From Candidatus Methylomirabilis oxygeniifera (lineage in GTDB: Bacteria; Methylomirabilota; Methylomirabilia; Methylomirabilales; Methylomirabilaceae): a stretch of DNA of 32,000 nucleotides. The position numbers were made by a program, and so were the translations under genes. The stretch spans positions 2,280,001 through 2,312,000 of the forward strand of contig FP565575.1 of assembly GCA_000091165.1 (NCBI GenBank), read 5' to 3'. Below are positions 25,105 to 31,848 of the stretch, piece after piece (within the stretch, counting starts at the first letter, position 1; each line of letters starts with the position of its first letter). The notes below the pieces were generated by a model. That model searched no databases and had not been told where the DNA came from. It saw only the letters and a program-made list of their open reading frames with translations.

Positions 25105-25432
25105 CTTGAGGTACCTGTGTATGGCTGCTAAGATTCTTACATTCAGCTACTTAAGAGCACTTGCCACATGTGATTAGGGCGCTGCCACACTGTAAAACAG
25201 CTCAATGCTACGCAGCCATTTTGATTGGTTTCTGCTGCTGCCGCCGTCCACCGCAGCTTGGAAAAGCCGCGGCTTTCCCACTCCTCCCCCAGGCTTGGTG
25301 ACTACTCAGGGGGGTGGGTCCCTTTTGCTTTATCACGGTGGGTTCTTTTTACGTTGTCAAAACGACACGGGGCTCAGCCGCCGCGAAGCGGTCGGTTTCG
25401 TGTCCCTGGTCCTCCCGGAGCGGAGGAAGAGC

Positions 25433-25461
25433 TTGACATAAATTATCAAATTTCATTATAT
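25433..25461 (+). promoter_or_regulatory. Sigma-70-like promoter TTGACA-17-TTATAT upstream of the amino-acid-kinase gene
   Basis: TTGACA is at 25433..25438 and TTATAT at 25456..25461, in an AT-rich patch. ATATGC(A/G)A recurs three times, at about 25459, 25476 and 25523. Confidence 0.45.
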
Positions 25462-25563
25462 GCGACAAAGAATTAATATGCAATTTACGGAGTACCCGAT
25501 TTGAGACACCTCATATGCAAGCCGCGGGCGGAGCATTGAAAGCTGACTACTGAGTGCTGAATC

Positions 25564-26244
25564 ATGAAGATCGACGTCGTCATCAAGGTGGGCGGGAGCC
25601 TCGGCCGGTGGGGGGGCGTCGGGAAGCTGCTCGACTCTGTCGAGGAGTGGAGGGGCGCCGCCAATGTGTTGGTCGTTCCCGGCGGCGGGGTGTTTGCCGA
25701 TCTGGTGCGGGCAGAGTATCGCCGAGTACGGCTTACCGAAAGCGCCGCGCACCGGATGGCTATCCTGGCGATGGATCAGTACGGCCTGGAGCTTTGCGAC
25801 CTCGCTTCACGTGCAGCGCCGGCCTCCAGTCTGAATCAGGTCAGGGAGGTGATCCGCAGCGGCCGGCTTCCGGTCTACCTCCCCTCCCGATCCCTTGCTC
25901 GCCACGATCCCTTTACGCCTTCGTGGCGCGTCACCTCGGATTCGATCGCTGCCTATATCGCCGGATGTGCAAAGGCGAACAGCCTGCTGCTACTGAAGTC
26001 TGTGGACGGGATCTTCGCGCGAGACCCGAAGGTTGACCCGTCGGCGCCCCTGCTGCCGCGCATCACGCGCTCGCACCTTTCGCGTGACAGTGGCGTGGAC
26101 CGCGAGTTTGCCAGGTGGCTGAACGGGATCGACTGTTGCTGGATCATCAACGGGAGACGTCCGGCTCGCGTCAAGGAGTGGCTGGAGTGCAGGAAGACGG
26201 TGGGAACGTGTGTGATTACGCGGAGTGCGAGGCGGAAGAAATAG
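25564..26244 (+). CDS. Amino-acid-kinase-fold protein (MfnE-like kinase candidate of methanofuran synthesis)
   Basis: 226-aa ORF with the AAK N-terminal motif VIKVGGSL and VVPGGG. The assignment to MfnE is by context, since mfnB is convergent next door. Confidence 0.65.
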   Translation: MKIDVVIKVGGSLGRWGGVGKLLDSVEEWRGAANVLVVPGGGVFADLVRAEYRRVRLTESAAHRMAILAMDQYGLELCDLASRAAPASSLNQVREVIRSGRLPVYLPSRSLARHDPFTPSWRVTSDSIAAYIAGCAKANSLLLLKSVDGIFARDPKVDPSAPLLPRITRSHLSRDSGVDREFARWLNGIDCCWIINGRRPARVKEWLECRKTVGTCVITRSARRKK

Positions 26245-26249
26245 GTCGT

Positions 26250-26286
26250 CCTACACCCTTCACTCTACACCCTGTACCCTGTTTTT
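26250..26286. repeat. Heptad repeat CCTACAC CCTTCAC TCTACAC CCTGTAC CCT followed by GTTTTT
   Basis: Read directly. It lies between the convergent mfnE-like and mfnB genes and overlaps the last codons of the mfnB ORF. Confidence 0.8.
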
Positions 26287-26970
26287 GAGGCGTTCCACCA
26301 ACGTCGTGGAAATGGAGCCGCTTCGCTGTCCTCCCTCGCAGGCCGCGGTTCGTACACCGACAATGTCGGCGCCGAGCGCCAGGGCTTTGGAAAGATCCGC
26401 CTGCTGCAAGGAGCCCGCCAGGGCACAGAAGAGCTCCCGATCGTGGCACTGCTGAATGAAGCGGGTGATGGTCTCCTCCGGAAGGCACTGGAAGAGCGTC
26501 CGTCCGTCTTTGATGGCGGTATCGATGAGGCAGCCCTCAACAAAGGGGGCGGCGGCACCGGGCAGCTCAAGCGGATCGACCGAACCAACGAGGGCGGCAT
26601 CGGCGTACACGCAGGCTACCAGACCCACTGTGCCGTTCGCCATCCGTAACGCGCCACTGACGGCATCGAGCAGGTTGGCCGCCTCCGCTCCTGTCCTGGC
26701 CCCCAGCAGTCCCACCTTGACGAATCGAACCCCGCAGGTGGCGGCGCCCAGACCGGCAAGGGCTACGGTCCCCGGAAGGTTCGGGACGTCGCCGATCGAT
26801 GCGCTGACAGGGGTCGCGCCCCGGACAGTTCTCACGATCGCCGAGATAGTCTCCGGCCGCCCGGCGCCCAGCGACCCTTCCGCCGGGTTTTTCACGTCGA
26901 TGATATCGGCTCCACCGGCCAACGCGGCTGCTGCCTCTTGCTCGTCCCGCACACTGATCATGAGCTTCAT
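26260..26970 (-). CDS. mfnB: (5-formylfuran-3-yl)methyl phosphate synthase (DUF556 family)
   Basis: ORF 26260..26994; likely start ATG 26970 (MKLMISVRDEQEAAAALAGGADIIDVKNPAEGSLGA...SASIGDVP..PGTVALA). This strongly resembles the MfnB/DUF556 N-terminal and Schiff-base Lys region as I recall it. Confidence 0.8.
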   Translation of the reverse strand: MKLMISVRDEQEAAAALAGGADIIDVKNPAEGSLGAGRPETISAIVRTVRGATPVSASIGDVPNLPGTVALAGLGAATCGVRFVKVGLLGARTGAEAANLLDAVSGALRMANGTVGLVACVYADAALVGSVDPLELPGAAAPFVEGCLIDTAIKDGRTLFQCLPEETITRFIQQCHDRELFCALAGSLQQADLSKALALGADIVGVRTAACEGGQRSGSISTTLVERLKNRVQGVE

Positions 26971-27071
26971 CGCGATTCTCCGAAAGCTGTGCATTCACGT
27001 GTGACCGTTGTCTTGTATCGGAAAGCGCCAGAGAGTGTCAAGCAAGAAATGCATGAACAACGCCGTTGGCC

Positions 27072-27100
27072 TTGACAGAGATACGGCCTTCATGATACAT
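27072..27100 (+). promoter_or_regulatory. Putative vapBC promoter TTGACA-17-ATACAT
   Basis: TTGACA is at 27072..27077 and ATACAT at 27095..27100, 8 nt before ATG 27109. Confidence 0.35.
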
Positions 27101-27108
27101 ATTCCCAT

Positions 27109-27354
27109 ATGAAGACTACCATAGAGGTTACTGATACGCTTTTGCGTGACGCCAGACAATTGGCTGCCAACGAAGGCACCACATTACGGGCCCTCGTAGA
27201 AGAGGGCTTGCGCCGGATTCTCGCTGAGCGGGAACAAGGTGGCAGGTTTCATCTTCGAAAAGCCACTTTCAAGGGTAGCGGACTTCAGCCAGGTCTAACC
27301 ACGGCCTCATGGGACCGCATCCGCGAGATGATCTATGAAGGGCACGGCGGGTGA
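27109..27354 (+). CDS. vapB: Type II antitoxin, VapB family (DUF2191-like)
   Basis: 81-aa ORF with MKTTIEVTDTLLRDARQLAANEGTTLRALVEEGLRRIL. It overlaps the PIN gene by 4 nt. Confidence 0.8.
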   Translation: MKTTIEVTDTLLRDARQLAANEGTTLRALVEEGLRRILAEREQGGRFHLRKATFKGSGLQPGLTTASWDRIREMIYEGHGG

Positions 27355-27785
27355 TCGCCGTTGACACGAATCTTCTAGTCTATGCCCATCGGGAAGATTC
27401 CCCATGGCACACAGCCGCCTACGCGCGGATCGCCGAGCTGGCGGAGAGTCGAGCGCCTTGGGCAATTCCCTGGCCTTGCCTTCATGAGTTCCTAGCCATC
27501 GTAACCCATCCTACGATCTACGCTCCTGCAACCCCCCTTGCTATCGCTCTCGATCAGGTCGATGCCTGGCTAGAGTCGCCGAGCCTCACACTCCTTACCG
27601 AAATGAGCGGGTACTGGATCCAACTGCGTCACGCCATCCAGAAAGGCCAGATCGCCGGTCCACAAGTGCACGATGCGCACATTGCCGCCCTCTGTCGCCT
27701 GCATGGTGTGCGCGAGCTGTGGACCGCTGATCGCCATTTCGGGCGGTTTCCGGATCTCCCCGTGCGCAATCCGCTCGTCGAGTGA
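27351..27785 (+). CDS. vapC: PIN-domain ribonuclease toxin
   Basis: 144-aa ORF with PIN acidic residues in the expected order (VDTNLLVY, HEF, HDAHIAAL, TADRHF). Confidence 0.9.
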   Translation: MIAVDTNLLVYAHREDSPWHTAAYARIAELAESRAPWAIPWPCLHEFLAIVTHPTIYAPATPLAIALDQVDAWLESPSLTLLTEMSGYWIQLRHAIQKGQIAGPQVHDAHIAALCRLHGVRELWTADRHFGRFPDLPVRNPLVE

Positions 27786-27878
27786 GATCGAAATCGGGAC
27801 CAGTCTACAATTTCCTTTTTCCAGCGCGTCACTGAAGTGAAGAAATAAGTATTGTGCCTCGGATTCGCGGATTCGCAT

Positions 27879-28628
27879 CTAATCTTGTTTGTGTTGACAT
27901 CGTGGAAAGTTGCTACAACCGTAGAACTTACTAAACTTGCCTATGCGTCTTATCAACTGTGCCCCACAATGGGGGCATATCAAGGCCCTCTCTTTCATTT
28001 TCCTAATTTTTACATTCCACTTGATGCGGCTTATATGGTCCATTTTGGCCTGTTTATCTTTTATAGAGGCTCCTGTCAGGGTAGTAACTATCTCGCCTAT
28101 TTCGTTGTCGTTTAACTTTCTTTGACCTCTATGCTTCATTATGGTCTCAAAGAGAGCATCTAGGCAGATCACATCTGTTGTTACATCAAGATTTTTGAGC
28201 CTTCCTTTTCCAGCAAATACAATGATTGGATAGTAAGGAAGGTCTTTGTATTCCGATAGGTTCTCTCTTATAGCATAGATGTGTGCCCAGTTTTGTTTAA
28301 TGGGGTTGCGGAACTTGAACTTGGATTTATAAAAAGTTTGGACCCAGTATTCGGAGTCTTCCTTGCCGTGAATCCACCCTCCGTAGTCTTTTGTCTCTAT
28401 CACGAAGATTCCGTAGGGAGAAATAACCATATGGTCTATCTGGCTCGTTCCCTGCTTCCCTTTAAGGGTAAGATCATTGAGAATTTTGTAATTTTCTTCG
28501 GGTAACCTTCTTAGCTGTTCCCGAACTCTCCTTTCACCAATCAGCCCTTTAATCTCTGGATGCTTCAGAATGGGCGCAATGATTATAATGATCATTATGA
28601 TCAACAAGACAAGAACTGCGATCCACAT
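27879..28628 (-). CDS. Membrane-anchored NERD-domain nuclease-like protein with C-terminal topoisomerase-type C4 zinc ribbon
   Basis: 249-aa ORF. It has an N-terminal TM helix (MWIAVLVLLIIMIIIIIAPIL), the NERD core (GERRV...QIDHMVISPYGIFVIETKDYGGWI...NPIKQNWAH) and CPHCGAQL...YGCSNFPRCQH. It is visibly AT-rich. Confidence 0.85.
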   Translation of the reverse strand: MWIAVLVLLIIMIIIIIAPILKHPEIKGLIGERRVREQLRRLPEENYKILNDLTLKGKQGTSQIDHMVISPYGIFVIETKDYGGWIHGKEDSEYWVQTFYKSKFKFRNPIKQNWAHIYAIRENLSEYKDLPYYPIIVFAGKGRLKNLDVTTDVICLDALFETIMKHRGQRKLNDNEIGEIVTTLTGASIKDKQAKMDHISRIKWNVKIRKMKERALICPHCGAQLIRRIGKFSKFYGCSNFPRCQHKQD

Positions 28629-28963
28629 TATTTTACTCTGGATGTTGCAGCTGATCTTCTGCGGTAGCCTCTATCGCAGCAACTGCATTGCGGTTGGCAA
28701 CACTCGGGAGTAAGCGGAGGAGTGTGAGATGGACGAAGCGGCGGATGCCGATGAGAACAAAACGGGAGGATCTCGGCGAGCTTGGCGGCGAAACCGATCC
28801 GCTTGGCAAAGGCCCTGAAGAGGGCTACGCCCCTAAAGACTGTCACAGGTTTATCCATGAGGGCGAGTCCAATTGTCTTGGAGCTATCCAACGGAGCAAC
28901 CTGCACCTGCATCGTTTTGTCCCTCTTCGGTGTGTGGGTGGTAACGTAATTCCGCATTACCAA
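28628..28963 (-). pseudogene. Possible 5-prime fragment of an IS (IS1380/IS4-like) transposase gene
   Basis: The first ~70 aa (LDSSKTIGLALMDKPVTVFRGVALFRAFAKRIGFAAKLAEILPF) look like the N-terminal region of such transposases. The remainder is low-complexity. The stop overlaps the NERD ATG (TAATG). Confidence 0.3.
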
Positions 28964-29280
28964 ATAGCTAGGAGCAGGACAATGCTTTTTTATCTGTAAT
29001 GATGTGGCTTACACCGTAATTATGACACTTAATGCCTTATTCAAGCTAGAACTTTATATCTCTATCTTCTCAAGCGGATTGTAATCCGCTCATAGTGAGT
29101 GTCAAGTTGAAAGCGGTGCAAGGAATGCGTAAGGCGTGCCATCGGTCCGCGTCGATTGCCTTTTCTGTTAACCCATTTTTGCTTGCCGACCTTACCTCCC
29201 TCCGTTATAGTGGCAACATCAATAGTGCAGCTATCAGCCGTCTTTCTATAGGTATTTGGGGCCTCATTCTTTCCGGATTC

Positions 29281-29315
29281 TAGCTGATAGCTGAATGCTG
29301 ATTGCTGATAGCTGG
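29281..29315. repeat. Heptanucleotide tandem repeat x5 (TAGCTGA TAGCTGA ATGCTGA TTGCTGA TAGCTGG)
   Basis: Read directly. The last unit runs into the SD (GCTGGAG) of the UbiD-family gene. Confidence 0.9.
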
Positions 29316-29322
29316 AGTTAAC

Positions 29323-30768
29323 ATGGCATACGAGGATCTGCGGGGCTTTATTGCGGCGCTGGAGCGGCAGGGACTGCTGAGGCGGATCACGACCCAGGTC
29401 GATCCGATTCTCGAGGTCACTGAGATCACTGATCGAATCAGCAAGCGGCTCGGACCGGCGCTGCTGTTCGAGCGAGTCAAAGATTCGTCCATGCCGCTGC
29501 TGATCAACGCCTTCGGCTCTGAGGCGCATCTCTGCCTGGCGTTGCAGCGCGCGTCGCTGGACGAATTGGCCGAGGAACTGGACGGCATCCTCGAGATCAA
29601 GAGCCCGGAGGGGTGGATCGAGAAGCTCAAGATGTTGCCGAAGCTTACGGAGATGGCGAGTTACCTGCCCAAACGGGTGAAGGATGGCCCGTGCAAAGAG
29701 GTGCGCATCACGAAGGATCCCTCGTTTGACCTGTTACCGGCCATCAAGTGCTGGCCGATGGACGGCGGCCGGTTCATCACGTTTCCCCTGGTCTTCACCA
29801 AAGACCCGGACACCGGCACGCGTAACTGCGGTATGTATCGGATGCAGATCTATGACGAACGGACCGCGGGCATGCACTGGCACGTCCACCACGGCGGGGC
29901 CAGGCATTACGAGAAAAACCGGCAATTGGGGCGCCGTACTGAGGTCGCTGTGGCCATTGGGCCGGATCCGGCCACGACGCTATCGGCCGTCATACCGGCG
30001 CCCGATGGGATTGACGAGATGCTGATCGCCGGCTTCCTGCGGAAACAGGCCGTCGAGCTAACCCAGTGCGAGACCGTCGACCTGGAGGTTCCGGCCAATG
30101 CCGAGATCGTCCTGGAAGGATACGTCGAGCCCAATGAACTACGCCTGGAAGGGCCGTTTGGCGACCACACCGGCTTTTATTCCCTCCCTGACTATTACCC
30201 CGTCTTTCACCTGACGGCCATCACCCATCGCCGGGACCCGATCTATCAAACCACCATCGTCGGCCGCCCACCCATGGAGGACTGCCACATGGGGACGGCC
30301 GTGGAACGGATGTCCCGACCCCTCCTGAGAAAACAGTTGCCTGAGATCGTAGACTTCCACATGCCGTTCGCCGGGGTCTTCCACAACCTTGTCATCGTGA
30401 GTCTCGACAAAGCCTACCCGGGCCACGCGCGCAAGATCATGCACGCGATCTGGGGCCTTGGCCAGGCGATGTTCTCGAAGGTGATCGTCGTCGTGGACAA
30501 GGATGTGAACGTCCGTGATCCGGCCGAAGTGGTCTGGAAGGTCCTGAACCACATCGACCCGGAGCGTGACATCGAGTTTGTCATGGGGCCGGTCGAAACC
30601 CTGGATCATGCCAGCCGGCTGCCGAAGTACGGCTCAAAGATGGGGATCGACGGAACGCGGAAGTGGAAGGAAGAGGGATTCACGCGCGAGTGGCCGGAGG
30701 AACAGGTGATGGATCACGACACCAAGACCCTCGTGGACCGACGCTGGAAAGAGTACGGCCTGGGTTAA
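29323..30768 (+). CDS. UbiD-family (prenyl-FMN-dependent) aromatic decarboxylase, quinone biosynthesis type
   Basis: ORF 29302..30768; start ATG 29323 (MAYEDLRGFIAALERQGLLRRI...VDP.LE.TEI.DR). The length (481 aa) and blocks (CGMYRMQ, HWHVHHGG, GPFGDHTGFY) are typical of UbiD. Confidence 0.9.
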   Translation: MAYEDLRGFIAALERQGLLRRITTQVDPILEVTEITDRISKRLGPALLFERVKDSSMPLLINAFGSEAHLCLALQRASLDELAEELDGILEIKSPEGWIEKLKMLPKLTEMASYLPKRVKDGPCKEVRITKDPSFDLLPAIKCWPMDGGRFITFPLVFTKDPDTGTRNCGMYRMQIYDERTAGMHWHVHHGGARHYEKNRQLGRRTEVAVAIGPDPATTLSAVIPAPDGIDEMLIAGFLRKQAVELTQCETVDLEVPANAEIVLEGYVEPNELRLEGPFGDHTGFYSLPDYYPVFHLTAITHRRDPIYQTTIVGRPPMEDCHMGTAVERMSRPLLRKQLPEIVDFHMPFAGVFHNLVIVSLDKAYPGHARKIMHAIWGLGQAMFSKVIVVVDKDVNVRDPAEVVWKVLNHIDPERDIEFVMGPVETLDHASRLPKYGSKMGIDGTRKWKEEGFTREWPEEQVMDHDTKTLVDRRWKEYGLG

Positions 30769-30775
30769 AGAAAAG

Positions 30776-30824
30776 CTGTCAGCGATCAGCCGTCAGCACG
30801 CTGAACACTGAACACTTGCTGAGG
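30776..30824. repeat. Seven-nt-periodic tract (CTGTCAG CGATCAG CCGTCAG CACGCTG AACACTG AACACTT GCTGAGG)
   Basis: Read directly. It ends in the SD (GAGGAGG) of the TlpA-like gene. Confidence 0.8.
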
Positions 30825-30835
30825 AGGTATCGGAT

Positions 30836-31339
30836 ATGAGTACTCTGTTGCGACGAATACGGTTCATTGTCTTTCTAATCGGTACACTACTCATCGCCCG
30901 CGCAGTCCAGGCTGCGCCTGTTCCGGACTTTACGCTCCCGCTCCTGGATGGAAAGTCTGTCGCACTGAAGGACTTTCGCGGTAAGCCGGTTCTGATCAAC
31001 TTCTTCCACTCCAAATGACCCCACTGTCAACGGGAGGCTCCCGTTCTGGCAAAGATTTACCAGCAGTACAAGGGCAAAGGCCTCGTGATGCTGGGCGTGA
31101 ACGTCTTCCGAGATAACGAAGCCGATGCGCGAAGGTTTGTTGAGGAGTATAAGGTGCCGTACCCCGTTGGACACGACAGCACCGGCGAGATCGGCAGGCT
31201 GTATAAAATCGAAGGCACGCCGACCACCTTCCTGATTAATAAAGACGGCAGCTTATATGGACGCTCGGTCGGGGCCATGACAGAGGATGAGTTTCACACA
31301 TCTATTGATGCTCTGCTCAACCAGAAAGGAAAGCCGTAG
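30836..31339 (+). CDS. TlpA/ResA-like periplasmic thiol:disulfide oxidoreductase with in-frame TGA (candidate selenocysteine, U-P-H-C motif)
   Basis: ORFs 30836..31018 and 31085..31339 share one frame. Reading through TGA 31016..31018 gives 167 aa with a signal peptide. The redox site reads FFHSK-U-PHC-QREAP, followed by YKGKGLVMLGVNV, VPYPVGHD and IEGTPTTFLINKDG, which are thioredoxin-fold TlpA hallmarks. Confidence 0.7.
31029..31045 (+). promoter_or_regulatory. SECIS-like hairpin AACGGGA-GGC-TCCCGTT
   Basis: Perfect 7-bp stem with a G-containing apical loop, beginning 10 nt after the TGA. CCA (31021..31023) and TGG (31047..31049) could extend it. Confidence 0.55.
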
Positions 31340-31363
31340 GTGATTCTGGTAAGGAGATATCAC

Positions 31364-31753
31364 ATGGGAAAGTCGATGGCGTCGATGATAACGGGGCTCG
31401 TGGTGGTGTTCGTCGCCGGGCTCTCTATCGGCTGGGCGCAGCAGGCCACGGTCACGCTCGTGTCGCCGAAGGATGGGGACACCATAGGTCCTCGTATGTT
31501 GATACAGTGGGAGTTCAAGCCGGCGGGAGATGTCAACCATATCCATCTCTACCTGGACGGGCTCAACCCGGGGCCACCGTTCGGGACCTCGATGGAACTC
31601 ACGGGCCTCCCGAACGGGCCGCACATCGTCAGGATCGTTGGGGCGAATACGCGCCACCAGGAGGTCGGACCTGAAGCCAGCGCGAAGGTGACGGTACATG
31701 GCGGAGCGCCGACCACGCCGCTACCGGCCCCCAGGCGGAGCCGCGCGTACTAG
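31364..31753 (+). CDS. Secreted hypothetical protein (DUF4399-like HxH-L-x-x-DG motif)
   Basis: ORF 31340..31753; ATG 31364 is preceded by AAGGAG. It has a signal peptide (ITGLVVVFVAGLSIGWA) and the motifs SPKDGDT, NHIHLYLDG and GPHIVRIV. Confidence 0.55.
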   Translation: MGKSMASMITGLVVVFVAGLSIGWAQQATVTLVSPKDGDTIGPRMLIQWEFKPAGDVNHIHLYLDGLNPGPPFGTSMELTGLPNGPHIVRIVGANTRHQEVGPEASAKVTVHGGAPTTPLPAPRRSRAY

Positions 31754-31848
31754 TCGCGGGGCTCTGAGGGAAGCGGAGGACCGGCTGGCCGGTTCGGATC
31801 ATGGTCGCCCCGCGACCCTCCTGTCCCTGGCTAGCATCTCCGCGCGGT

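Noticed and set aside
25400-25432. Resemblance of CUGGUCCUCCCGGAGCGGAGGAAGAGC to the SRP (4.5S) RNA GGUCCGGAAGGAAGCAGC motif
   Set aside because: The match requires a 9-nt insertion, and the flanking sequence does not form the SRP domain IV helix. I judge it coincidental.
26456-27004. 182-aa plus-strand ORF and 143-aa and 111-aa minus-strand alternative frames over mfnB
   Set aside because: These are shadow frames of a strongly recognisable MfnB gene, with Ala/Ser/Pro/Arg-rich translations.
31253-31699. 148-aa minus-strand ORF
   Set aside because: It is antisense to the TlpA-like 3-prime end and to the signal-peptide-bearing DUF4399-like gene, which has a good RBS. It has no motifs of its own.
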